Source of the DNA: Candidatus Entotheonellaceae bacterium
Lineage (GTDB): Bacteria > Tectomicrobia > Entotheonellia > Entotheonellales > Entotheonellaceae
Reading direction: 5' to 3'
DNA length: 64,000 bases
Assembly: GCA_965238075.1 (NCBI GenBank)
Contig: OZ250173.1
Coordinates: forward strand, 2,368,001 to 2,432,000
The position numbers were made by a program, and so were the translations under genes. Below, one piece after another: positions 8,774-18,264 of the stretch; the first letter of the stretch is position 1; each line of letters opens with the position of its first letter. A model generated the notes under the pieces. The model made no database searches. It was not told the DNA's origin and saw nothing but the letters and a program-made list of their open reading frames with translations.

Positions 8774-9328
8774 TTATCGGCAACGATTTTCGCTCAGGAT
8801 GGCGGCGAGCGCGTCCGCGTACGCCTCGTATGTCCGGTCGTCAAAAAGGACGAATCGCACCAGTTGCGGCTGGCCATGCAGCCGCAGATAGGCTGCCACG
8901 GTGTGCAACGCGATGTGAGCGGCTTGCTGTAGTGGGTAGGCATAGGCGCCGGTTGAAAGCGAAGGGAAGGCGAGGCTGGCGCATTGCTGGGCGCCAGCGA
9001 TTTCGAGACTGCGCCGATACGCGCTTGCCAGTAACGATTCCTCCTGATTTTGCCCATCTTTCCAGATCGGTCCTACGGTATGAATGACGTATCGTGCCGG
9101 CAACTTGCCGGCTCCGGTGACGACCGCGTCTCCCGTTGGACAGCCTTGCGGATAACGTCGCTGCGTCTCTTCCATGATGCCGGGACCGCCGCCGCGGTGA
9201 ATGGCGCCGTCCACACCCCCGCCTCCGGCGAGCCGACTGTTGGCTGCATTGACGATGGCGTCGGTCGCCTGGCGGGTAATGTCGCCGGTGACCAATTCCA
9301 ATTTGCATGCGTCGATGGTTGCCTGCAT
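8774..9328 (-). CDS. Macro domain protein (O-acetyl-ADP-ribose deacetylase / ADP-ribosylhydrolase, YmdB-like)
   Basis: GDIT, AIVNAAN, GGGGVDGAIH, VIHTVGP, FPSLSTGAY. Confidence 0.93.
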   Translation of the reverse strand: MQATIDACKLELVTGDITRQATDAIVNAANSRLAGGGGVDGAIHRGGGPGIMEETQRRYPQGCPTGDAVVTGAGKLPARYVIHTVGPIWKDGQNQEESLLASAYRRSLEIAGAQQCASLAFPSLSTGAYAYPLQQAAHIALHTVAAYLRLHGQPQLVRFVLFDDRTYEAYADALAAILSENRCR

Positions 9329-9465
9329 CGCTCCTCTCCCCCTGGGTGTGATGACTCCCTGTGGACCGCCCTTTTCCTTGTTCCAACCAGTTTACCTATC
9401 GTAGAATGCCGCCCTTGAGAATGCGAGCGCAGCGTGTTGAATGCCCACCCAGGAGAAGATGATTC

Positions 9466-12400
9466 ATGCCGTTTCAGGACGTCCCCGCCAAAGTTGACGA
9501 CTACGCCAAACAGGAACACGAGGTGCTGCAGTTGTGGAAAGACACCGACGCTTTCCAAACCCTGCGCACCTTGCATGCCAGGCAGCCGAAATGGTCCTTT
9601 CTGGACGGGCCGGTGACGGCCAACAACCCGCTCGGCGTGCACCACGGCTGGGGGCGGACGTACAAGGACGTGTTCAACCGTTTCTGGACCATGCGCGGCC
9701 GGGAACTGCGCTACCAGAACGGTTTCGATTGCCAGGGGCTATGGGTCGAGGTGGAGGTGGAGAAGGAACTGGGCTTCCGGTCCAAGCGCGACATCGAAAC
9801 CTACGGCCTGGACGCCTTCGTGCGCAAATGCAAGGAGCGGGTGTTGCGGTTTGCCGCCGTGCAGACGGAACAATCCATACGGCTGGGCTATTGGATGGAC
9901 TGGAACGACCCGGATCACTTGCGCGAGTTGGCTACCGCTTTAATGGAAAATCCCTCGCAGCGCATGACCGTGCAGGGCCCTCGAGGCGAGGTGACGGACA
10001 CTGCGGAGCAATTGGTCGGGCGCCTGGGCATGCCGGACCTCGGCGGCAGCTACTTCACGTTCTCGAACGAAAACAACTACATGATCTGGTCCTTCCTCAA
10101 GCAGTGCTGGCAGCGCGGCTGGCTGTACCGCGGCGCCGACGTGATGCCGTGGTGCTCGCGCTGCGCCACCGGCATCAGCCAGCACGAGATCGTCACCGAC
10201 GGGTATCAGGACCTCACCCACACGTCCATGACCCTGCGCCTGCCGTTGCGCGGGCGGCAACGGGAATCCCTGCTGGTGTGGACCACAACGCCCTGGACGC
10301 TGCCCAGCAACGTGGTGGCGGCGGTTGGCCCGGAGCTCACGTACGTCAAGGTCAGACAGGGCGACGAGGTGTTCTATCTGTCCAAGGGAACCCTGCACAT
10401 GCTGCGCGGGGCGTATGAGGTCCTGGGCGAGATGCCGGGCTCGATGCTCAAAGGCTGGACGTATGACGGCCCCTTTGATCACCTGGAGGCGGCTCGTCAA
10501 CCCGGCGGCAACGGCGCCCTGCGGGACCTCGCGCAAGACGTGTCGGCATGCGCCGCCGAGGCGCACCGCGTTGTGTTGTGGGATGAGGTCAGCGAGACCG
10601 AGGGGACCGGCATTGTGCACGTCGCGCCCGGCTGCGGCGCCGAGGACTTCCGGCTGGGCAAGGAGCACAACCTGCCGATTCTGGCCCCCCTCGACGAGGA
10701 AGGATACGTCCTTGCCGGCTTCGGCGACTTCACCGGCCAGCACGTCTCGGAGCTTCTGGACGGCATCCGGCAGACGCTCACCGACTCGGGGCGCCTGTAC
10801 CACGTCGAGCCCTACACGCACCGTTACCCGACCTGCTGGCGCTGCGCCACCGAGCTGGTCTTTCGCCTGGTGGACGAGTGGTTCATCAACATGGACGAAT
10901 TGCGCCACGCCATGATGGAGGTAACCAAGCAGATCCGCTGGATTCCCGCCTTCGGCCTGGACCGCGAGCTCGACTGGCTGCGCAACATGCACGACTGGAT
11001 GATCAGCAAGAAACGCTACTGGGGCCTGGCCCTGCCGTTCTGGGAATGCGCTGCCTGCGGCCATTACGAGGTGATTGGCGATGACCAGGAACTCGCGGTG
11101 CGGGCGGTGGCGGGCTGGGAGGATTTCGAGGGGCACACTCCTCACCGGCCGTACATCGATGCGGTCAAGATCGCCTGCTCAACGTGCGGCGGCCAGATGC
11201 AGCGCATCACCGACGTGGCGAACCCGTGGCTGGACGCCGGTATCGTCAGCTTCAGCACCCTGGGTTACCGCACCGACCGCGAGGCGTGGCGCGATTGGTA
11301 CCCGGCGCACTGGATCAGCGAGTCATTCCCCGGCCAGTTCCGCAACTGGTTCTACAGCCTGCTGGCCATGGGCACGGTGCTGGAGAACAGCCCGCCGTTC
11401 AAGGAATGCTTCGGGTACGCCACGCTGATTGCCGAAGACGGGCGGGCGATGCATAAGAGTTGGGGCAACGCCATCGAGTTCAACGAGGCCGCTGACCGCA
11501 TGGGTGTCGACGTCATGCGCTGGTTGTACTGCGCGCACAAGCCCGAGAACAATTTACCATTCGGTTACCAGCGGGCCGATGACGTGCGCCGGCAGTTCCT
11601 CATTCCGCTGTGGAACATGTACAGCTTCTTCGTCACCTACGCGAATCTCGACGGCTGGGAGCCCGGCCGGGAGGGATTCGAGCCCGGACGCCCGGAGGGC
11701 TCGACGCCGCACAGCGACAACATCCTGGATACGTGGATTGTGGCGCGCCTCAACCAGGTCACGGAGCGCTGCACGACAAGCCTGCAGGACTCGGACACGC
11801 ACGCCGCTACCCTGGCCATCGCGGCGTTTCTGGACGATCTGAGCAACTGGTACATCCGCCGCAGCCGCCGGCGCTATTGGAAAAGCACGCACGACGCGGA
11901 CAAACACACGGCCTACGCCACGCTCCACCACGTGCTGGTGAAACTGATCAAGCTTCTCGCACCGCTGACGCCGTTCGTCACCGAGGTGATGTACCAGAAC
12001 CTGGTGCGCGCCATGCAGCCGGGGGCTTATGACAGCGTGCATCACTGCGATTGGCCCGAGGTGGATGCCGTTGTCGTGGACACCACGCTGCTGGACCAGA
12101 TGGCCCTGGCCCGGCAGATCACCAGCCTGGGGCTGGGATCCCGAGGCAGCGCCAATATCAAGGTGCGCCAGCCCCTGGCGGCGGCGTTGGCTTATGTGCA
12201 GGAGGGTGAGACGGTGTGGAGCGAGACGTACACGGCGATTGTGTGCGAGGAGTTGAACGTCAAATCGCTGCAATTTGTTGAGCACGAGGTGCAGCTGCTG
12301 AGCTATGAGGTGCTTCCCAACAATAAGCTGCTCGGTCCGCGATTGGGGGCGGTCTTGCCCCATGTACGCGCGGCGCTGACCCATATCGATCCGGGAACGG

Positions 12401-12855
12401 TAGTGCAGCAGGTGCAGTCCGGCAATCCCGTGACGCTGACCGTTGACGGTGAGGTGTTGGAGCTTGCCCCCGACGAGGTGCTCATCCGCACCCACCCCGC
12501 CGCCGGGTTGGCGGTCGCCACCGACCGCGGCGTCACCGTTGCCGTGGAAACCGACATCACCCCGGCGCTGCGCACCGAAGGCTTGGCCCGCGAGCTGGTA
12601 CGCCGGATTCAGGTCATGCGCCGCGACGCCGGATTCAACATTGCCGACCGCATCGTTACCTACGGCCTCTGCGAGGGGCCGCTGGCCGACGCTCTGCTCA
12701 CCTGGAGCGATTACCTCAAGGCCGAAACCCTCAGCACCGACCTCGTCGCCAGTGCGCCTCCCCCCGAAGCATACAGCGAGGAGCACCGTATCGACGGTAT
12801 GACCATCATGCTCGGCGTGCAGCGCCAGGCGGCTGCCGCGTCACCGGGTGTATAA
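9466..12855 (+). CDS. ileS: Isoleucine--tRNA ligase, type 2-like, with non-canonical signature motifs
   Basis: DGPVTAN, GFDCQGL, WTTTPWTLPSN editing domain, GTGIVHVAPG, DWMISKKRYWG, KVRQPL and type 2-like C-terminus (EGLARELVRRIQ). Confidence 0.95.
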   Translation: MPFQDVPAKVDDYAKQEHEVLQLWKDTDAFQTLRTLHARQPKWSFLDGPVTANNPLGVHHGWGRTYKDVFNRFWTMRGRELRYQNGFDCQGLWVEVEVEKELGFRSKRDIETYGLDAFVRKCKERVLRFAAVQTEQSIRLGYWMDWNDPDHLRELATALMENPSQRMTVQGPRGEVTDTAEQLVGRLGMPDLGGSYFTFSNENNYMIWSFLKQCWQRGWLYRGADVMPWCSRCATGISQHEIVTDGYQDLTHTSMTLRLPLRGRQRESLLVWTTTPWTLPSNVVAAVGPELTYVKVRQGDEVFYLSKGTLHMLRGAYEVLGEMPGSMLKGWTYDGPFDHLEAARQPGGNGALRDLAQDVSACAAEAHRVVLWDEVSETEGTGIVHVAPGCGAEDFRLGKEHNLPILAPLDEEGYVLAGFGDFTGQHVSELLDGIRQTLTDSGRLYHVEPYTHRYPTCWRCATELVFRLVDEWFINMDELRHAMMEVTKQIRWIPAFGLDRELDWLRNMHDWMISKKRYWGLALPFWECAACGHYEVIGDDQELAVRAVAGWEDFEGHTPHRPYIDAVKIACSTCGGQMQRITDVANPWLDAGIVSFSTLGYRTDREAWRDWYPAHWISESFPGQFRNWFYSLLAMGTVLENSPPFKECFGYATLIAEDGRAMHKSWGNAIEFNEAADRMGVDVMRWLYCAHKPENNLPFGYQRADDVRRQFLIPLWNMYSFFVTYANLDGWEPGREGFEPGRPEGSTPHSDNILDTWIVARLNQVTERCTTSLQDSDTHAATLAIAAFLDDLSNWYIRRSRRRYWKSTHDADKHTAYATLHHVLVKLIKLLAPLTPFVTEVMYQNLVRAMQPGAYDSVHHCDWPEVDAVVVDTTLLDQMALARQITSLGLGSRGSANIKVRQPLAAALAYVQEGETVWSETYTAIVCEELNVKSLQFVEHEVQLLSYEVLPNNKLLGPRLGAVLPHVRAALTHIDPGTVVQQVQSGNPVTLTVDGEVLELAPDEVLIRTHPAAGLAVATDRGVTVAVETDITPALRTEGLARELVRRIQVMRRDAGFNIADRIVTYGLCEGPLADALLTWSDYLKAETLSTDLVASAPPPEAYSEEHRIDGMTIMLGVQRQAAAASPGV

Positions 12856-12883
12856 CGATTTCGTCCGCGGGAGGAGAAAAATC

Positions 12884-14188
12884 ATGCCAATGGACAAATC
12901 CTCACCCTCGAATGCCCCGGATCTCCACGAATTCTTCGCCGCTGACCCGCTTGCAGCGGACTACACTTTCTTTGGACGCGAGTCGTACGCCGACCGGCGC
13001 GGCTTTCTGCGGGGCGCCGGGCTTGCCGCCATGGCGGCGATGGTGGGTGCAGCGATCCCGTTCCACCACAACATGCCGGCAGGATTCATCCCGGCCGCAT
13101 TCGCCGACGAGAACGTGCTGGTTGGGAAGGACGGATTGACGCTGCTGAACGACCGGCCGGTCAACGCCGAGACCCCACCGCATCTGCTGGACGACTCGAT
13201 CACCCCGACCCCTCGCCATTTCATTCGCAACAACGGCATCCCGCCATCCGAAGTGGCTCCGAACACCTGGACGCTTACCGTCGACGGACTCGTCCACCGT
13301 CCCATGACCTTATCGATTGCTGATCTTCAGTCGATGTTCGAGGTTGTCACGATGGCCCTTGCCATCGAATGCGGGGGCAACGGGCGGGCCTTTTTCAACC
13401 CGCCGGCAAGGGGCAACCAGTGGACCTACGGCGCGATAGCCTGTTCGGAGTGGACGGGAGTGCGACTCAAGGACGTGCTGGAGGCGGCTGGCGTGCAGCC
13501 CAACGTTGTCTACACCGCCCACGTCGGCGGTGACGCGCATCTCTCCAGGCAGCCGGACAAGCTTCCCATCTCGCGCGGCGTTCCGATTGCCAAGGCGATG
13601 ACGGACAACGTGCTCATCGCCTTTGGCCAAAACGGCGGCCCGATTCATCCGATGAACGGGGCGCCGCTGCGCCTCGTCGTCCCCGGCTGGCCGGGGTCGT
13701 GCTCGCAGAAATGGCTCCGGCGCATCTACCTCCGCGATGTCGTCCACGATGGGCCCAAGATGACCGGCACCTCGTACCGCGTGCCGCGCTACAAGATCGA
13801 GCCGGGCGAGAAGGTCGACAAAAAAGATTTCGTCATCATCGAACGGATGCCCGTCAAATCCCTTATTACCCATCCCGCGAACGGGGTGGAGGCGGGGCGC
13901 GCCGTCGAGGTGCGCGGTCATGCCTGGTCGGGGGACCGGACGGTCACCGCCGTCGATGTCTCCTATGACTTTGGTGCGACCTGGATGCCGGCCACGCTCG
14001 ATGCTCCCGCCAACGATGGTGCTTGGCAGAACTTTCGCGCCAACGTGGTGCTGCCCGCAGCCGGGTACTACGAAGTCTGGGCGCGGGCGACCGACAGCGC
14101 CGGGGTGATGCAGCCCCACGCCATCGACTGGAATGCCAAGGGATACCTCAACAACACGATGCACCGGGTCGCCCTTCGGGTATCGTGA
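12884..14188 (+). CDS. Sulfite oxidase-family molybdoenzyme (SoxC/SorA/SorT-like), Tat-exported
   Basis: Twin-arginine signal RRGFL, FIRNN, Mo-ligand Cys in IECGGN, GAPLRLVVPGWPG, ARATD, GYLNN; GGAGGAG RBS. Confidence 0.92.
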   Translation: MPMDKSSPSNAPDLHEFFAADPLAADYTFFGRESYADRRGFLRGAGLAAMAAMVGAAIPFHHNMPAGFIPAAFADENVLVGKDGLTLLNDRPVNAETPPHLLDDSITPTPRHFIRNNGIPPSEVAPNTWTLTVDGLVHRPMTLSIADLQSMFEVVTMALAIECGGNGRAFFNPPARGNQWTYGAIACSEWTGVRLKDVLEAAGVQPNVVYTAHVGGDAHLSRQPDKLPISRGVPIAKAMTDNVLIAFGQNGGPIHPMNGAPLRLVVPGWPGSCSQKWLRRIYLRDVVHDGPKMTGTSYRVPRYKIEPGEKVDKKDFVIIERMPVKSLITHPANGVEAGRAVEVRGHAWSGDRTVTAVDVSYDFGATWMPATLDAPANDGAWQNFRANVVLPAAGYYEVWARATDSAGVMQPHAIDWNAKGYLNNTMHRVALRVS

Positions 14189-14205
14189 GCCGGCATGGTG
14201 GGTTG

Positions 14206-14631
14206 ATGAAGACGCAATGGCCGCGGCGTGTCCTGGTCCGAGCGACCAAGTCGAGGCAGAGGGGCATCGCCTGGACTGTCGGGCGCGTTTTTGTCGATGT
14301 GATTGCCGTTCTCGTCGTTGCGGTCTGCGTGGCTGCCGGCGAGGATTCGGAGGAGATGGGAATCGTGACGGCGAGCCAATCGGAATCGCCTAACTTTGGC
14401 GTCCTCGTGGCGGGTGACGGTGCGGCAGAGACCTATGCCTATTGCATCGCCTGTCACTCCGAACGCCTTGTTGCCCAGCAGGGCCTGACCCGGCAAGGTT
14501 GGGAGGAGGTCATCGAGCTCATGGTGGAAGAGCACGGAATGGCCCCAATCGAAGCGCCCGCCCTCGCCCGGGTGCTTGGCTATCTTTCGACCCATTACGG
14601 TCCCGACCGCCCGAACTTTCCGCTGCAATAG
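14206..14631 (+). CDS. Monoheme cytochrome c, probable electron acceptor of the sulfite dehydrogenase
   Basis: CIACH heme motif, hydrophobic N-terminal segment, GM axial ligand region, YLSTHYGP; start uncertain. Confidence 0.8.
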   Translation: MKTQWPRRVLVRATKSRQRGIAWTVGRVFVDVIAVLVVAVCVAAGEDSEEMGIVTASQSESPNFGVLVAGDGAAETYAYCIACHSERLVAQQGLTRQGWEEVIELMVEEHGMAPIEAPALARVLGYLSTHYGPDRPNFPLQ

Positions 14632-14674
14632 GCGAGTTGGACGGAGGATCGGAACCGTCATGACATGAATGCCG

Positions 14675-14714
14675 ACTGAGAAAGGAACCCACTAACTGAG
14701 AAAGGAACCCACTA
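14675..14714 (+). repeat. Perfect 20-bp tandem duplication covering a ribosome-binding site
   Basis: ACTGAGAAAGGAACCCACTA twice, immediately before ATG 14715. Confidence 0.95.
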
Positions 14715-15104
14715 ATGGAAGGGCGCCGCCGCCGAGAATATTGCTGGATCTGCCGACGGGGAACCGTTCACATCTTCACCCACACCTTGCAAGAAGACGT
14801 CGCCACCGGCGAGTACGCCCTGTGCGAAGCGTGCCAGCCGTTCGACCCCATTGCCTGCCATTTCCAGGAGCGCTTCTGGCGCCTCCTTGGCTGTCCGCCG
14901 GGTTGCTGGACGTTCATCGGCTGTTTCTCTGCCGCTTGGAAACAGTGTTACTCCAGCGACCGTTACGACTCCCCCACCGACGTCGATCAACAAGAAATTA
15001 TCCGTCAATTCGACGCGCTCGAGTTCGACATCGAGGAACTGAAACAAGGCACCAAAACCCAGGCACGCGAGTGGCCCTATTGGACCCACGATTTTCCCGA
15101 ATAA
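14715..15104 (+). CDS. Hypothetical Cys-rich protein (possible zinc ribbon)
   Basis: AAAGGA RBS; CWIC...CEAC plus further Cys; stop abuts the menA stop. Confidence 0.6.
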   Translation: MEGRRRREYCWICRRGTVHIFTHTLQEDVATGEYALCEACQPFDPIACHFQERFWRLLGCPPGCWTFIGCFSAAWKQCYSSDRYDSPTDVDQQEIIRQFDALEFDIEELKQGTKTQAREWPYWTHDFPE

Positions 15105-16007
15105 TCAGCCGTAGGGCAGGAACGGGCCGAGGACCAGTGCAGCGGACAGGAGCAGGCCGAAGCGTAGGTGCAGCTGGGCGGTGCCGCGCAGGCCTTGATG
15201 CAGGTCGGGGCGCTCCGTGCTCTGGCAGACCTTTCGGGCAGCGGCAACGGCCTGGGGTAGGACGAGGAACGGGGCGAGCCAGGGCCAGGGGCCGAGGCGG
15301 GTGAGTACCAGCAAGGCGATGCTGGCAAAGGCGATCAGGAGTAAGGCGCAATAGAGCAGGATAACAGGTTGCCGGCCCCATAGATGCACGAGGGTCGTCT
15401 TGCCGCTGTGGCGATCTTCATTGGCGTCGCGGAGGTTGTTGGCGATGAGAATGGCCGTCACCAGGCAGGCGACCGGCAGGGATAGCCAGACGGCGGGCCA
15501 GGTCAGGGTTTGGGTCTGGACGTAGAAGCTGCCGAGCACCATGACCGGTCCCATGAAGACGAAGACCAGGGGCTCTCCCAAGGCCATGTTGCCCAAGGGG
15601 AGGGGGCCGGCGCTGTAGCAGTAGGCAACGCCGACGCTGGCCAGGCAGACGACGGCCAGCGGCCAGCCGGTTTGGGTCACGAGATACACGCCAATTAGCG
15701 CCGCGAGGCCGAAGCAGGTCAGCGCGCCCCGCATGACGGCGGCAGGCGTCAGCAGGCCGCGGGCGATTACCTTGTACGGCGCTTGCACCTTATGTTGGGC
15801 GGTGTCGGCGTCGTGATCGGCGTATTCGTCGGTGAGGTTGGTGCCGCACTGCACGAGAACCGAGCCGATCAGCACCAGGATGAACAGAAAGGCGTGAAAG
15901 GCCCCGGACTGGGCGGCCAATAGGCTGCCGACCAGCACCGGAACCACCGCGGCGCTGAGGGTGAAGGGCCGGATGGCCTGAAACCAGACGCGCATCGATT
16001 TCCGCAT
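15105..16007 (-). CDS. menA: 1,4-dihydroxy-2-naphthoate prenyltransferase
   Basis: AIRPFTL, NLTDEYAD, ANNLRD..ED...GKTTL; downstream of menB; AGGAG RBS. Confidence 0.92.
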   Translation of the reverse strand: MRKSMRVWFQAIRPFTLSAAVVPVLVGSLLAAQSGAFHAFLFILVLIGSVLVQCGTNLTDEYADHDADTAQHKVQAPYKVIARGLLTPAAVMRGALTCFGLAALIGVYLVTQTGWPLAVVCLASVGVAYCYSAGPLPLGNMALGEPLVFVFMGPVMVLGSFYVQTQTLTWPAVWLSLPVACLVTAILIANNLRDANEDRHSGKTTLVHLWGRQPVILLYCALLLIAFASIALLVLTRLGPWPWLAPFLVLPQAVAAARKVCQSTERPDLHQGLRGTAQLHLRFGLLLSAALVLGPFLPYG

Positions 16008-16024
16008 ACGTACTCCTGCCATGC

Positions 16025-16822
16025 CTACCAAGGGGTTCGACGATATTTGGCAAAATCCGGCTGGCGTTTTTCGAGGAATGACGTGCGCCCCTCGGTGGCC
16101 TCCTCGCTCGTGTAGAAGAGGCTGGTGGCGCCATGCGCCAGGGCTTGCAGGCCGTAGCCGTGGTCGGTGTCGGCGTTGAAGCCGGCCTTCATGAAGCGGA
16201 TTGCCGTCGGGCTCTTTGCCAAAATTTTACGGCACCAGATGGCCGTCTCTTCGTCCAACTGCTCGCACGGCACGACCTTGTTGACCAGCCCCATGTCGCG
16301 CGCCTCCTCGGCGCTGTACTGGTCGCACAGGTACCAGATTTCGCGCGCCTTCTTCTCGCCCACGATGCGCGCCAGATACATGGCGCCGAAGCCGGCGTCG
16401 AAACTGCCCACCTTCGGCCCCGTCTGGCCGAAAATGGCGCGCTCCGAGGCGATGGTGAGGTCGCAGATGACGTGCAGGACGTGCCCGCCGCCGATGGCAT
16501 AGCCGTCCACCTTGGCGATGACCGGCTTGGGAATTTCGCGGATCGTGCGGTGCAGGTTGCGGACCTGCAGGCGCGGCGTTCCCGACTCGTCGTTATAGCC
16601 GCCCTGGCCGCGGATTTTCTGGTCGCCGCCAGTGCAGAAGTTGCCATCCTCGCCGGTCAGCACGACTACGCCAATGCCGTCGTCGTACCAAGCGTCGTGA
16701 AACGCCTCCAGCATTTCGTCGATCGTGCGCGGGCGAAACGCGTTGAGAACCCATGGGCGGTTCATGCTCACGGTCGCTACGCCGTCTTCTTTTGTGAAAA
16801 TGATGTCTTCGAATGCTGACAT
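16025..16822 (-). CDS. menB: 1,4-dihydroxy-2-naphthoyl-CoA synthase
   Basis: [45 protein letters not shown]. Confidence 0.97.
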   Translation of the reverse strand: MSAFEDIIFTKEDGVATVSMNRPWVLNAFRPRTIDEMLEAFHDAWYDDGIGVVVLTGEDGNFCTGGDQKIRGQGGYNDESGTPRLQVRNLHRTIREIPKPVIAKVDGYAIGGGHVLHVICDLTIASERAIFGQTGPKVGSFDAGFGAMYLARIVGEKKAREIWYLCDQYSAEEARDMGLVNKVVPCEQLDEETAIWCRKILAKSPTAIRFMKAGFNADTDHGYGLQALAHGATSLFYTSEEATEGRTSFLEKRQPDFAKYRRTPW

Positions 16823-16908
16823 GTCCTACCTCATGTTCATGTGTGTGTTGTTGAAGCGATCAGTTGCAGCAAAGCATTTTCGGCTATAAACCGGCCAATG
16901 CCCCAAAG

Positions 16909-16997
16909 TGTCCTTCCGGGCTTGACCCGGAATCCAGCAACCTCTGTTCCCAGAAAAACCCTGGACTCCGGCTTTCGTCGGAGTGACGCAGACTCAA
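16909..16997. repeat. CGTC-type REP-like palindromic dimer, copy 1
   Basis: GTCCTTCCGGGCTTGACCCGGAATCCAG-spacer-CTGGACTCCGGCTTTCGTCGGAGTGACG; similar to 25216 and 32212. Confidence 0.88.
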
Positions 16998-16999
16998 CC

Positions 17000-17692
17000 C
17001 TAATCCGGTCGGATGGCGCGGTAGATATACACCACGCCGCCCGTCAGGGGCCGGGCCTGCATGTCGGTGAAATTCTGCTCCCGCATGGCCTGTATGAAAC
17101 GGGCGCCGGCGGGAAAGACCGCCGCCGTGCGGGGCAGGTAAGCGTAGGCTTCCGAGTGCCCCGACAGCCAACCGCCGATGCGCGGCAGCAGGCGGCGCGA
17201 GTAGAAGCGGTACAGGGGCCCGAAAACGGCGCCCTGCGGCTGACCAAATTCCAGCACCACGGCCACCCCGCCAGGACGCAGCACGCGGTACATCTCGCCC
17301 AAGGCCGTGGCCAGGCAATTGACGTTGCGCAGGCCGAAGGCGACGCTTGCCGCGTCAAAGGAGGCGTCGCAGAAGGGCAGACGCTGCGCGTCGGCAAGGA
17401 CAAAGGTAATGGGTGCCCGGTGCCGAGCGGCCTTGCGCCGGCCCTGCGCCAGCATGGCGTCGCAGAAGTCGGTGGCAACGACCCGTCCATCCCGCCCGGC
17501 GCGCCGGGCAAAGGCCAGTGCGAGGTCCGCAGTGCCGCTGCACAGGTCCAGGACGGTCGCGCCACGCCGCACGCCGCTCGCCGTCACCGTCTGGCGTCGC
17601 CAATAATGATGCAGCCCCAGGCTCAACACGCTGTTGAGCCTGTCGTATCGCCCGGCGATGGCGGCGAACATGTCCTGTACGGTCTCTTCCAT
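17000..17692 (-). CDS. menG: Demethylmenaquinone methyltransferase (UbiE/MenG)
   Basis: VQDMFAAIAGRYDRLN, VLDLCSGT, FGLRNV, YRVLRPGG, AYAYLP; same strand as menB-menA. Confidence 0.92.
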   Translation of the reverse strand: MEETVQDMFAAIAGRYDRLNSVLSLGLHHYWRRQTVTASGVRRGATVLDLCSGTADLALAFARRAGRDGRVVATDFCDAMLAQGRRKAARHRAPITFVLADAQRLPFCDASFDAASVAFGLRNVNCLATALGEMYRVLRPGGVAVVLEFGQPQGAVFGPLYRFYSRRLLPRIGGWLSGHSEAYAYLPRTAAVFPAGARFIQAMREQNFTDMQARPLTGGVVYIYRAIRPD

Positions 17693-17818
17693 ACGCCTCC
17701 TACGCTTGCGGACGGTGCGCAATCCCCCATGGCTCGATGCTTGCGACAACGGATATTATTCAGTATATGGAGCGGGTCGGCAATCACCTGTTCGCACGCA
17801 AAACTTGGGAGTAACGCG

Positions 17819-18187
17819 ATGACCTCAGCATGGTGCCTGCGGCTGGCCGCAGTGAGCGGTTTTCTCGTGGTTGCCCTGGGAGCTTTCGGCGCCCACGGGC
17901 TCAAGGCCATCCTGCAACGGTATGAAACCCTGGAGACGTGGCAGACGGCGGTGTTTTACCATGCGCTTCACACGCTGGTCCTGCTTGCGCTGGCGGCATA
18001 CCCCGGTATTAGCAAGGGCGTCGTCATCAGCTTCGTGTTCGGCATCTTGGTGTTTAGCGGCAGCCTGTACCTGCTGGCGGTGACCAACGTGCGCTGGCTG
18101 GGCGCCGTGACTCCTGTCGGCGGTGCAGGTCTGCTGGTCGGGTGGGCGTGGCTGTTCATCGCCGCGGGCGCGAAAATGCAGGGATAG
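17819..18187 (+). CDS. DUF423 family membrane protein
   Basis: ALGAFGAHGL, WQTAVFYH, FSGSLYLL, GAVTPVGG. Confidence 0.9.
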   Translation: MTSAWCLRLAAVSGFLVVALGAFGAHGLKAILQRYETLETWQTAVFYHALHTLVLLALAAYPGISKGVVISFVFGILVFSGSLYLLAVTNVRWLGAVTPVGGAGLLVGWAWLFIAAGAKMQG

Positions 18188-18264
18188 GCGCCGCTTGGCG
18201 CGCCGATGGGCGTGATATAATCCGTCATCCTGCATTCTCTTTCCTCCGTTAGGAATTCTCTCTC

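Noticed and set aside
9329-9465. T-box leader upstream of ileS
   Set aside because: Only about 135 nt shared with a divergent gene; no T-box sequence or terminator
14675-14714. CRISPR array
   Set aside because: Two abutting 20-bp units with no spacer and no cas genes; the LysM and REP-like repeats are not CRISPR-like either
16841-18187. 448-aa plus-strand ORF as one protein
   Set aside because: Only 17819-18187 (DUF423) is plausible; the rest is antisense to menG and reads through a repeat
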